NCBI GenBank assembly: GCA_902624085.1
Contig: CACNWD010000001.1
Coordinates: forward strand, 30,139-94,138
Origin: an uncultured Prochlorococcus sp.
Lineage (GTDB): Bacteria > Cyanobacteriota > Cyanobacteriia > PCC-6307 > Cyanobiaceae
Direction of reading: 5' to 3'
DNA: 64,000 nt
The translations under genes and the position numbers were made by a program. Positions within the stretch are counted from its first letter, which is position 1, and each line of letters starts with the position of its first letter. The notes beneath the pieces were generated by a model, which had not been told where the DNA came from, made no database searches, and saw only the letters and a list, made by a program, of their open reading frames with translations. This document shows positions 46,039 through 54,022 of this stretch, piece after piece.

Positions 46039-46506
46039 CTAAATATACCAGCTTGGTAAACTCTCAAAACAAGCATTATTAAATTCATTTTCCCTAGACT
46101 CCGTTTTATAACAGCATGTTCTTCCATTATCCTTAGTTCTCAAAAAATCATTAGCCCAAGTCCAAATCATTTGAGAGGAGAACTCCATTCCTACGTTATC
46201 CATAATTCTTAAATCCAAGGCCTCCAATTCATCAAGTTTTTGCCAATATGTCATCAAAGGATCATCCTTATTTATTAAAAATGTATGATCAAATTGGTCT
46301 TTTAATTTCTTTTCAAGAGGTTTTAAACTTGAAAAATCTACAACAAAGCCATTAATATCTAAGTTTTTTGCAATAAACCAAAAAGTGAATGATCTCGAAT
46401 ATCCATGGACAAACTTGCAATGTCCCAAGTGTTGCCATTGTCTATGAGAACATGGAAAATTAAAATAACTTTTACTGCAAGAAAATTCTGAAGAATTAAT
46501 AGACAT
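46039..46506 (-). CDS. queD: 6-carboxy-tetrahydropterin synthase (QueD/PTPS family)
   Basis: SHR...GHC..VHGY, GFVVDF..LK, FDHTFL, Glu in GME. Confidence 0.85.
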   Translation of the reverse strand: MSINSSEFSCSKSYFNFPCSHRQWQHLGHCKFVHGYSRSFTFWFIAKNLDINGFVVDFSSLKPLEKKLKDQFDHTFLINKDDPLMTYWQKLDELEALDLRIMDNVGMEFSSQMIWTWANDFLRTKDNGRTCCYKTESRENEFNNACFESLPSWYI

Positions 46507-46568
46507 TACTTTATAATTAGATGAAATAATTAAGACAAAAGAGTCAAGACTCCAACAATCTAAACATA

Positions 46569-47228
46569 ATGACTTCTACAAAAGATTTCTCAATAAATGA
46601 TCTTAAATTTGATAAAGATGGATTAATTACAGCCATTGCACAAGATTGGTTAGACGGAACAATTCTAATGCTTGCATGGATGAATAAAAAATCGCTTAAA
46701 AAAACTATTGAAACTAATGAAGTTCATTATTGGAGCAGATCAAGATCTGAACTATGGAGAAAAGGAGCAACAAGTGGGAATACGCAATTGTTAAAAGAAA
46801 TTAGATTTGATTGCGATAGCGACTCTTTGATTATTTCTATAGAACAAAATGGAGATGGCGCTTGTCATACAGGAGAAAGAAGTTGTTTCTTTAATCAAAT
46901 CACTAAGACTTCAGAAGGGTTTAAAAAGAAAAAAAAATCTTTGCCATTATCTAACGAATGCTCAGAATTATTTAAAACTCTTTATGAAAGATCATTATGT
47001 CCAAAAGAAAATAGTTATACAAATCAATTGTTAACAAAAGGTAGTAATACAATACTTAAGAAAATGGGAGAGGAAACAGCTGAATTTGTTATGGCATGCA
47101 TGAAAGATGACAAGAACGAAATTTCTAATGAAGCTGCTGATCTTATTTATCATCTTCAAGTAGCTCTCCTTCACAGGGGTGTTGATTGGAGGGATGTTCT
47201 TGAGGTTTTAGAATCTAGAAGAAAATAA
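46569..47228 (+). CDS. hisIE: bifunctional phosphoribosyl-AMP cyclohydrolase / phosphoribosyl-ATP pyrophosphatase
   Basis: YWSRSR.ELW.KGATSG, DCD.D, ACHTG.RSCF, KK.GEE, EAADL.YH. Confidence 0.96.
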   Translation: MTSTKDFSINDLKFDKDGLITAIAQDWLDGTILMLAWMNKKSLKKTIETNEVHYWSRSRSELWRKGATSGNTQLLKEIRFDCDSDSLIISIEQNGDGACHTGERSCFFNQITKTSEGFKKKKKSLPLSNECSELFKTLYERSLCPKENSYTNQLLTKGSNTILKKMGEETAEFVMACMKDDKNEISNEAADLIYHLQVALLHRGVDWRDVLEVLESRRK

Positions 47229-47303
47229 AATATTATGGAAATAAAAAAATAAACTCTTTAAGCAATAATTTATTAATTAATTATTAATTAATTATTACAT
47301 GTA

Positions 47304-47358
47304 TAGCATATTATTGATTTGACCTTAAGTTAAAAGTATTAACTTTAAGGTATAAATC
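47304..47358 (+). promoter_or_regulatory. putative -10 box and hairpin-forming 5' UTR of the sigma factor gene
   Basis: TAGCAT at 47304-47309; inverted repeat GATTTG-ACCTTAAGTTAA / TTAACTTTAAGGT-ATAAATC across 47316-47358 containing AAGG. Confidence 0.5.
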
Positions 47359-48282
47359 TTGAGTTCATTAAGCGATTTTCTAGGTGAAATTGGACGCCAT
47401 CAACTTTTGACCCCGGAGAAAGAACTCACTATGGGAAGAAAAGTTCAAGAAATGGTTGTTTTAATTAATAGATGTCAATCTGCTGGAGGCAAAGGGCCTG
47501 CCTGTGAATATTCTGAAGGTGAGAAAAAGACTATAAGGGTTGGTGAAAAAGCAAAAAATGCAATGATCACAGCTAATTTAAGATTAGTTGTAAATCTTGC
47601 TAAACGTTATCAAGGGAAAGGTCTTGAATTATTAGATTTAATACAAGAGGGTACTCTTGGATTAACAAGGGCAGTTGAGAAATATGACCCATCAAGAGGG
47701 CATAGATTTTCTACTTATGCTTACTGGTGGATTAGGCAAGGATTAAATAGGGCATTATCAACACAAAGCAGGACTATTAGAATTCCAGTTAACATTAATG
47801 AGAAATTAACAAAATTAAGATCAGCGAAATCAAAGTTGATGCAAAGTAAAGGTGCACCTCCCACAAGTTTAGAGTTGGCAGAAGAAATGAAAATCACTAA
47901 AGAGGAAGTTGACGAGTTATTGTCGTGCGAACTAAGAAGTATAACTATAAGCCTTCAAGGCACTGTTAAATCTAAATCAGACCCGTCTGAATTAGTCGAT
48001 ATATTACCAAGTGAACAGACCCCTCCAATGGAATTAGCAGAGTTAGCGGAAAGGACAGCTTCTGCTTGGAAGTTATTGGATAAAGCTAACTTAACAGAAA
48101 AAGAAAGAAAAATTGTTAGTCTCAGATTTGGATTAGATGGTTCAAATGAATGGAGAACTCTTGCAGAAGTAGCAAGATATATGAATTGTAGTAGAGAGTA
48201 TTGTAGGCAAGTTGTACAAAGAGCATTAAGAAAGCTCAGAAAAGCTGGAATCCAAAATGGATTAGTTGATAGTTTAAGTTAA
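47359..48282 (+). CDS. group 2 sigma-70 RNA polymerase sigma factor
   Basis: Region 1.2 (FL.EIGR..LLT.E.E), ANLRLVV.LAKRY, DLIQEG.LGL.RAVEK.DP..G.RFSTYAYWWIRQ, region 4 HTH; lacks region 1.1; TTG start. Confidence 0.95.
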   Translation: MSSLSDFLGEIGRHQLLTPEKELTMGRKVQEMVVLINRCQSAGGKGPACEYSEGEKKTIRVGEKAKNAMITANLRLVVNLAKRYQGKGLELLDLIQEGTLGLTRAVEKYDPSRGHRFSTYAYWWIRQGLNRALSTQSRTIRIPVNINEKLTKLRSAKSKLMQSKGAPPTSLELAEEMKITKEEVDELLSCELRSITISLQGTVKSKSDPSELVDILPSEQTPPMELAELAERTASAWKLLDKANLTEKERKIVSLRFGLDGSNEWRTLAEVARYMNCSREYCRQVVQRALRKLRKAGIQNGLVDSLS

Positions 48283-48310
48283 TAAAAATGAAAAGTATGA
48301 ACTTTATTCA

Positions 48311-48679
48311 ATGATAAAAAATTCATATAAATCAAATCAAAAGATATATGAAGCTGAAGTTATTGAAAGTTCCACTATAGAATCAAATATCATACTCAAA
48401 ATCCTAATTAAAGCTGGTAGATCTATCGCCAAACCAGCATTAGAAGTATTAGAGATGGCAATTGACCCTTTAACACCCACAAATGTTCGTATATCTTTAA
48501 TAGCTGCCTTGGCTTATCTAATAATGCCTGTAGACTTATTACCAGACTTTATGCCAGTAGTTGGCTTTAGCGATGACTTTGTGGCTTTAACAGCTGTCCT
48601 GAGCATTTGGAGTAAATACATGACTCCCGCAATAAGAATTAGAGCAGAAGAAAAACTTAATAAACTTTTTCCTTTTTAA
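48311..48679 (+). CDS. YkvA/DUF1232 family membrane protein
   Basis: AALAYLI.P.DLLPDF.P.VGF.DD motif. Confidence 0.85.
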   Translation: MIKNSYKSNQKIYEAEVIESSTIESNIILKILIKAGRSIAKPALEVLEMAIDPLTPTNVRISLIAALAYLIMPVDLLPDFMPVVGFSDDFVALTAVLSIWSKYMTPAIRIRAEEKLNKLFPF

Positions 48680-48682
48680 ATC

Positions 48683-49042
48683 ATGACTAAATTATCTTCA
48701 CAAGAAGAGAAAGAATTAATTGTATTTATTAAAGATTGGCTTAGATCACATGGATACTCTCAAAAAGAATTAGCAGAACAATTAAAAACAAAATCTAGCC
48801 GAATTTCTGAAATCATTGATAAACTACGAGATTTGCATAAGAAAGGAGGAATTTTTAATATTGCAGTAAATTTAATAAGAATTGAGCAACATTGGATTAG
48901 CGCTAAAAGTAATAATAATAATGAAGAAAATTCTTATTCAGAAGAAAATAATAGACAAGGATATAATCAATTAGATTTTAATTACAAGTTAGATTTGGAT
49001 GAATTAATGGATCAAATGGAAGAGGATCATAAAATAAATTAG
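48683..49042 (+). CDS. hypothetical protein with XRE/Cro-like HTH
   Basis: IKDWLRSHGYSQKELAEQLKTKSSRISEII resembles the XRE helix pattern; acidic C-terminus. Confidence 0.65.
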   Translation: MTKLSSQEEKELIVFIKDWLRSHGYSQKELAEQLKTKSSRISEIIDKLRDLHKKGGIFNIAVNLIRIEQHWISAKSNNNNEENSYSEENNRQGYNQLDFNYKLDLDELMDQMEEDHKIN

Positions 49043-49215
49043 CTACATAAATGTATAAAGTTTATTTAAAAATTAATTAAATAAATTCCTTAAAATTTAT
49101 GGGAATAGATGATTAATATTATTAAAATGGACTCTAAAATAAAAGTTATTAAATTAATAATTAGTTCATAATGTTGACTAATTAATATAAACTTTATTTA
49201 GAGTAAATCAATTAG

Positions 49216-49485
49216 CTATAACGCTTGAACCCATGGATAAACATCAAGGGATATCCATATTCCCTTTTCCCAATATATATCTTTCTCTAATAATTCTCTA
49301 ACATCTTTTTCATTCTCAGCATTAAAAATACCAAAGAGATATCTTGTACATTTAGTGGGTCCTAAAGTAACTAGAATATTTTGTTCTTTTAATTTTAAAA
49401 GCCTATTCAAATGATCATTTCGAAATTTTTCGCGTTTAATAATTGCATCTTTACAATATTTACCCCAAACTATAAATTTTTCCAT
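49216..49485 (-). CDS. YciI family protein
   Basis: R..FR.DHL.RL, LGPT, D.YW..GIW...VYPW. Start moved to ATG 49485 (MEKFIVWG). Confidence 0.85.
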   Translation of the reverse strand: MEKFIVWGKYCKDAIIKREKFRNDHLNRLLKLKEQNILVTLGPTKCTRYLFGIFNAENEKDVRELLEKDIYWEKGIWISLDVYPWVQAL

Positions 49486-49523
49486 AATTAAGATAACTAA
49501 TTGATTAAATTCATAATTAATAA

Positions 49524-49553
49524 TTGCATACAATACACACTAATTGCTATGTT
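49524..49553 (+). promoter_or_regulatory. putative sigma70 promoter of the cyAbrB gene
   Basis: TTGCAT-N18-TATGTT with an extended TG; TAATTGC repeated at 20-nt spacing (49521 and 49541). Confidence 0.4.
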
Positions 49554-49581
49554 ATTTAAGTAGATCTTTTTATTACTAATT

Positions 49582-49944
49582 ATGCTTACTGGTAGTGATC
49601 TACTTGCTAAAGTTAAAGAGCTTGGTGATGTTAGCAAGTCAGATCTTGTTCGCGCTTGTGGCTATGTTTCCACAAAAAAGAATGGTAGCGAACGATTAAA
49701 TTTCACCGCTTTTTATGAGGCACTGCTAGAAGCAAAAGGAGTAAATCTTGGGGATTCTGGAGTTGCGGGGATTGGCAAAGGCGGAAGAAAATTAAGTTAT
49801 GTAGCTACCGTTCAAGGTAATGGAAATCTTTTAATTGGTAAAGCTTATACAGCTCTACTTGACTTAAAAGCAGGAGATGAATTTGAAATAAAACTTGGAA
49901 GAAAACAAATAAGGCTTTTGCCTGCAGGACAATCAGAAGTTTAA
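49582..49944 (+). CDS. cyanobacterial AbrB-like transcriptional regulator (cyAbrB)
   Basis: LTG..LL.KVK...K..L...CGY, F..ALL.AKG, VQGNGNLLIGKAYT....G.EFEI.LGRK.I.L. Confidence 0.92.
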   Translation: MLTGSDLLAKVKELGDVSKSDLVRACGYVSTKKNGSERLNFTAFYEALLEAKGVNLGDSGVAGIGKGGRKLSYVATVQGNGNLLIGKAYTALLDLKAGDEFEIKLGRKQIRLLPAGQSEV

Positions 49945-50007
49945 ATAAATTTAATTATTCAAAGATATAAAAAATTTAAATCTATTACAAAAGATATTAA
50001 TAATATT

Positions 50008-50030
50008 CCCTAGAACTACTGGGGTTTTTT
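50008..50030 (+). terminator. intrinsic terminator after cyAbrB
   Basis: Stem CCCTAG / CTGGGG (one G-U pair), loop AACTA, followed by T6. Confidence 0.7.
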
Positions 50031-50062
50031 ATTTAACAATGAAGCTTAGTTTTATTATTTAA

Positions 50063-50869
50063 TTAATCTATAATTGCATCTGCAGCTGAACGCATCTCAG
50101 TGCAAAACTTACCTACTTCATTTACTATCTGAGAATCTTTACTATCAGAAATTCTTTTAACAAATGCGCTTCCAATTATTACACCATCAGCGCCCCATTG
50201 CCTAACTTTAATAATATGCTCTGGAGATGAGATACCAAAACCAACTGCAATTGGATTAGAGCTTATATCTTTTAATTGTCCTATAAGATTCTCAACACGA
50301 TTTTCGAGCTTATTCCTTTCGCCAGTAACACCAGTAACGCTCACAAGATAACTAAATCCTTTAGTCTTTTGAGATATCACTTTCATTCTTCCTAATGGGG
50401 TTGTTGGAGCTATTAATAATATTAAATCCAAATTAAAATCATTAGCTATTTGCGAAAATTGGGTCGTTTCTTCTAAAGGCAAATCTGGAATTATCATGCC
50501 AGCGGCTCCAACATCTGAAGCGATTTCACAGAATCTTTTAAACCCAAAACTTAGCAAAGGATTAAAGTATGTAAAAAGTATTACGGGTGTATTTAATTTA
50601 CCTTTTAAAGTTTTTAATAAATCAAGAACTTGTGCTAATGAGGTTCCAGATTGAAGAGCTCTAGCAGCTGATAATTGAATCATGGGTCCATCTGCTAAAG
50701 GATCACTGTATGGGATACCCAACTCTATGAAATCGGCACCTTTTTCTTGTAATCTTAACAAGATTTTATAAGTAATATCTAAAGAAGGATCACCAGCCAT
50801 CAAAAAAGGCATTAAGGCAAATTTTCCTTTTTTTCTTAATTCATTAAACTTTTGATTTATTAATGACAA
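50063..50869 (-). CDS. trpA: tryptophan synthase alpha chain
   Basis: AGDP, ELGIPYSDPLADGP.IQ, PDLP.EE, YLVS.TGVTG, VGFGIS, GSA. Confidence 0.97.
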   Translation of the reverse strand: MSLINQKFNELRKKGKFALMPFLMAGDPSLDITYKILLRLQEKGADFIELGIPYSDPLADGPMIQLSAARALQSGTSLAQVLDLLKTLKGKLNTPVILFTYFNPLLSFGFKRFCEIASDVGAAGMIIPDLPLEETTQFSQIANDFNLDLILLIAPTTPLGRMKVISQKTKGFSYLVSVTGVTGERNKLENRVENLIGQLKDISSNPIAVGFGISSPEHIIKVRQWGADGVIIGSAFVKRISDSKDSQIVNEVGKFCTEMRSAADAIID

Positions 50870-50945
50870 ATTTACCTTATGTAAATGTATTAATTATTAT
50901 TTTGGCACAAATTAATAAATATAAGTTTATTAATTAAAAAATTTA

Positions 50946-51263
50946 TTATTTTTCATCTAATTCTTCAAGTAATTTTTTTTGTTCATCATTAGAAAGTGAT
51001 TCAAATTTCTTTTCTAATTTTTCAGTAAATTTTTTTTCATATACTTGTCTATAACGTTTTCTTTGTTCCATAAAAGTCATCTTTCCATTAATGACTCTTA
51101 ATAAATAGCTAGAAATCCAAATTAGCACAATTGTGATCAATATTAAATTAGAAATAGAACTCGTACTTATTTCACTTAAACCAAAAAAGGGAGCAAATTT
51201 GTAACTAAAAAAACCTATTAATGCTAAAGATAAGCCTAACTGTAAAACTTTTAACTTAGTCAA
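50946..51263 (-). CDS. DUF3007 family membrane protein
   Basis: Two TM segments, W..SYL.RV....MTF.EQR..Y, L.KKF..LS..EQ..L. Confidence 0.8.
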   Translation of the reverse strand: MTKLKVLQLGLSLALIGFFSYKFAPFFGLSEISTSSISNLILITIVLIWISSYLLRVINGKMTFMEQRKRYRQVYEKKFTEKLEKKFESLSNDEQKKLLEELDEK

Positions 51264-51268
51264 ATAAA

Positions 51269-51502
51269 TTACCCTTTATTTTCTCCATTTAATCTAAGAT
51301 TTAAAAAAGGAGAGAACAAAATAAGTCCTGGGAAAAAAAGAAAAACTAAACCATAAATTCCTAATCTTTCAAATTTACCCATTACATTCCATCTATTATT
51401 CATCCAATAGAAAAGTGATAAAGGAACTACTGCTAAATAGATAGTTAATATTACTATGTAAGCTCCAAGGGTTAAAAAAGGATTATTCAATAAATTTTCC
51501 AT
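51269..51502 (-). CDS. ndhL: NDH-1 subunit L
   Basis: YL.VVP....WMN.RW..MGKFERL..Y.LVF.FFPG.IL.SPFLNLR. Confidence 0.92.
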   Translation of the reverse strand: MENLLNNPFLTLGAYIVILTIYLAVVPLSLFYWMNNRWNVMGKFERLGIYGLVFLFFPGLILFSPFLNLRLNGENKG

Positions 51503-51575
51503 TTAGAAAAAGATTTTATAAATAATTAATTAAATATAACTAAATAATATTAACATTGTCTCTTTTTAGAAATGA

Positions 51576-51661
51576 TGGGAGTGGAGGGACTTGAACCCTC
51601 ACGAGCTAAATCGCTCGACGGATTTTAAGTCCGGCGCGTCTACCAATTCCGCCACACTCCC
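51576..51661 (-). tRNA. trnL: tRNA-Leu(UAA), intronless
   Basis: Reverse complement GGGAGTG TG GCGGAATTGGTAGACGC G CCGGA CT-TAA-AA TCCGT CGAGCGATTTAGCTCG T GAGGG TTCAAGT CCCTC CACTCCC A: 7-bp acceptor stem, long variable arm, T-loop; CCA not encoded. Confidence 0.96.
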
Positions 51662-51779
51662 AAGAGGAATTTGCGCCCTCTTAGCGTAGCGAAAAGTATG
51701 AAATCTAACCATCATAAATTTGAATATTTACACTTTTCGCAATTAACTTTTTTTAAAGCGAGAAATATTTAAAACAAAA

Positions 51780-52820
51780 TCACAATTTTAATTTCCAGTT
51801 TAGTGTTTCTAGTGAATGAAATGACTTAATCTTTCCTTTTACTTTTTCATCATCTTTTATTTCAATAAAATCTTTGATTGTATGTGGTTCATAAATAAAA
51901 GTGATTTTTTCATTATTTGGTGGAAGATTATGATACTTAGGTCCATTTAAACTCGCAAATTTTTCAAATTTATCAAGTGCATTCTCCTCTTCAAAAATCT
52001 TTAAATAGCTTGATATAGCAACTGGTGCGTTAAATATCCCAGCACAGCCACAAAAAGCTTTCCATTGTCTTAAGTGAGGTGCTGAGTCAGTCCCTAAGAA
52101 AAAACATTCTTCTCCACTTGTAGCAGCTTTTATAAGCGAGACTCTATTAGATTCTCTTTTAGCGACTGGTAAGCAATAAAAATCACTATTTAATCCTTCA
52201 AGAAACATTGCATTTCTATTAATGTGCAAATGATGTGGAGTTATAGTTGCTCCAATCTTATTTTCTCTAACAAAATCAACCGCATAAGAGGTAGTAATAT
52301 GCTCCAAAACAATTTTTAATTTAGGAAAATATTTAATTATTGACATTAATTCTTTATCAATGAAGACCTGCTCTCTATCAAAAATATCAACATTTGGCTC
52401 ATTAACTTCACCATGTATTAACAAAGGCATTTTTATTCTTTCCATCAACTCAAATACTTTATAAATATTCTTAATATTTCTCACTCCATAACTAGAATTT
52501 GTAGTCGTATTTGCTGGATATAATTTTGCGGCAAAAAAGATATCATTTTTATATCCTTTTTCAAGTTCATTTAATGAAATATTGTCAGTTAAATAAATTG
52601 TCATTAGAGGTTGAAACTTAGCTTTTTTATGTAATGCAGCATATATTGAGTTTCTATATAAATTTGCTTGTCTAATAGTAGTAATTGGGATCTTTGTATT
52701 AGGCATTATTATCGCTCTGCAAAAAAGATCTGATGAAAATTTAATAATATTTTTTAATATAATTCCTTCCCTTAAATGCAAGTGCCAATCATCAGGTTTT
52801 ATGATAGTGAGCTCTTTCAA
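51780..52820 (-). CDS. pyrC: dihydroorotase (class II, homodimeric)
   Basis: PDDWHLHLR, IMPN, KLYPA, LIHGE, EHITT, CLPVAK, FLGTDSAPH. Confidence 0.95.
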   Translation of the reverse strand: MKELTIIKPDDWHLHLREGIILKNIIKFSSDLFCRAIIMPNTKIPITTIRQANLYRNSIYAALHKKAKFQPLMTIYLTDNISLNELEKGYKNDIFFAAKLYPANTTTNSSYGVRNIKNIYKVFELMERIKMPLLIHGEVNEPNVDIFDREQVFIDKELMSIIKYFPKLKIVLEHITTSYAVDFVRENKIGATITPHHLHINRNAMFLEGLNSDFYCLPVAKRESNRVSLIKAATSGEECFFLGTDSAPHLRQWKAFCGCAGIFNAPVAISSYLKIFEEENALDKFEKFASLNGPKYHNLPPNNEKITFIYEPHTIKDFIEIKDDEKVKGKIKSFHSLETLNWKLKL

Positions 52821-52945
52821 AATTTTTAGTCTTTAGTAAATTTTAACAGTAAATTTTTTTTAACAATAATAAATACATGATTGTAGATAGATTATATTTT
52901 TAATATGAGAAAATTTTTATAAATAATCTTAAATTAGTTTGAAAT

Positions 52946-53926
52946 ATGAGTGAATTTATATTACCTATAATAGAAATAATAATAGGAATTATATTACTTT
53001 TCGCCGGAGGTGAATTTTTTATTCAGGGATCAGTGGCATTATCTTTAATGTTAGGTATTCCGCAAATTGTAATTGGATTAACGGTTGTTGCATTAGGAAC
53101 AAGTTCCCCTGAATTGTTAGTTAGTTTGAATTCTATACTAAAAGGAAGTGATGGTCTTGCTGTTAGTAATGTTATCGGGAGTAATATTTTTAATATTCTT
53201 GTAGTCCTTGGCATCAGCTCATTAATTAGACCATTGAAAGTAAAAAGCAGAATCGTAAGACGTGATGTGCCACTCTTAATTGCTATTTCTTGTGCAGTTT
53301 GGGCAATGTCATCTACAGGATTATTAACTTGGCAATCAGGAATTTTTCTTATTTTTTGTTTAATCTTAAATACAATCTGGGAAATAAATACAATAAATGA
53401 AAAGGATGAGGATATAAAAACTGCTGAACCAGAAATCAACGATTCGTTATCAAAAAAGAATAAATTTAATATATTTGGAAAATTATTAATAGGAATTTTA
53501 TTGCTTGGTTTTGGTTCAAATATTTTAGTAAATGGTTCAAGATCATTAGCAATTTTGATAGGAATAAATGAAACGATAATTGGCTTAACTATTGTAGCGA
53601 CAGGAACATCACTGCCTGAATTAGTAACTTCTATAGTTGCTGCATTTAAAGGCAAGACAGATCTTGCGATAGGAAACGTTATTGGAAGCAACCTTCTAAA
53701 TCAGCTCTTAATTCTAGGAAGTTGTACTCTTTTTTCTGGATTTGAAGGGTTAATAATTAATAGCAATTTAATTAGAACTGATCTTCCCATTATGGTGCTC
53801 ACAACATTTGCTTGCATGCCAATATTTTGGACAAAAGGCAAAATCACAAGAGCTGAGGGATTTATCCTTTTAAATATTTATGGTTTTTATATTTTAGATA
53901 AGATTTTTTTAGTTAGAAAATTTTAA
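52946..53926 (+). CDS. Ca2+/Na+ antiporter (CaCA/YrbG family)
   Basis: Two alpha repeats GTSSPE...GSN and GTSLPE...GSN; multiple TM segments. Confidence 0.9.
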   Translation: MSEFILPIIEIIIGIILLFAGGEFFIQGSVALSLMLGIPQIVIGLTVVALGTSSPELLVSLNSILKGSDGLAVSNVIGSNIFNILVVLGISSLIRPLKVKSRIVRRDVPLLIAISCAVWAMSSTGLLTWQSGIFLIFCLILNTIWEINTINEKDEDIKTAEPEINDSLSKKNKFNIFGKLLIGILLLGFGSNILVNGSRSLAILIGINETIIGLTIVATGTSLPELVTSIVAAFKGKTDLAIGNVIGSNLLNQLLILGSCTLFSGFEGLIINSNLIRTDLPIMVLTTFACMPIFWTKGKITRAEGFILLNIYGFYILDKIFLVRKF

Positions 53927-54022
53927 CTGCTATGAGAGTTTAATTATTTCACTTGATTTATTCAAAGATAATATTTTTTGTTTTATTCGCAAAAATTAAA
54001 TTTAAAATACTAGGATTCGAAT

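Noticed and set aside
47270-47297. TTATTAATTAA tandem repeat upstream of the sigma promoter
   Set aside because: Pure A/T low-complexity sequence with about 2.5 copies. At most an UP-like element; not a CRISPR or iteron array.
51503-51661. tRNA-Leu as an integration site or group I intron host
   Set aside because: The anticodon loop is uninterrupted, so there is no intron (unlike many other cyanobacteria). No duplicated tRNA 3' end or integrase is seen, and core ndhL starts 73 nt downstream.
53023-53691. 222-aa antisense ORF
   Set aside because: Lies entirely opposite the antiporter gene and has no recognisable motif. Hydrophobic codon usage on the sense strand readily leaves a stop-free shadow frame.
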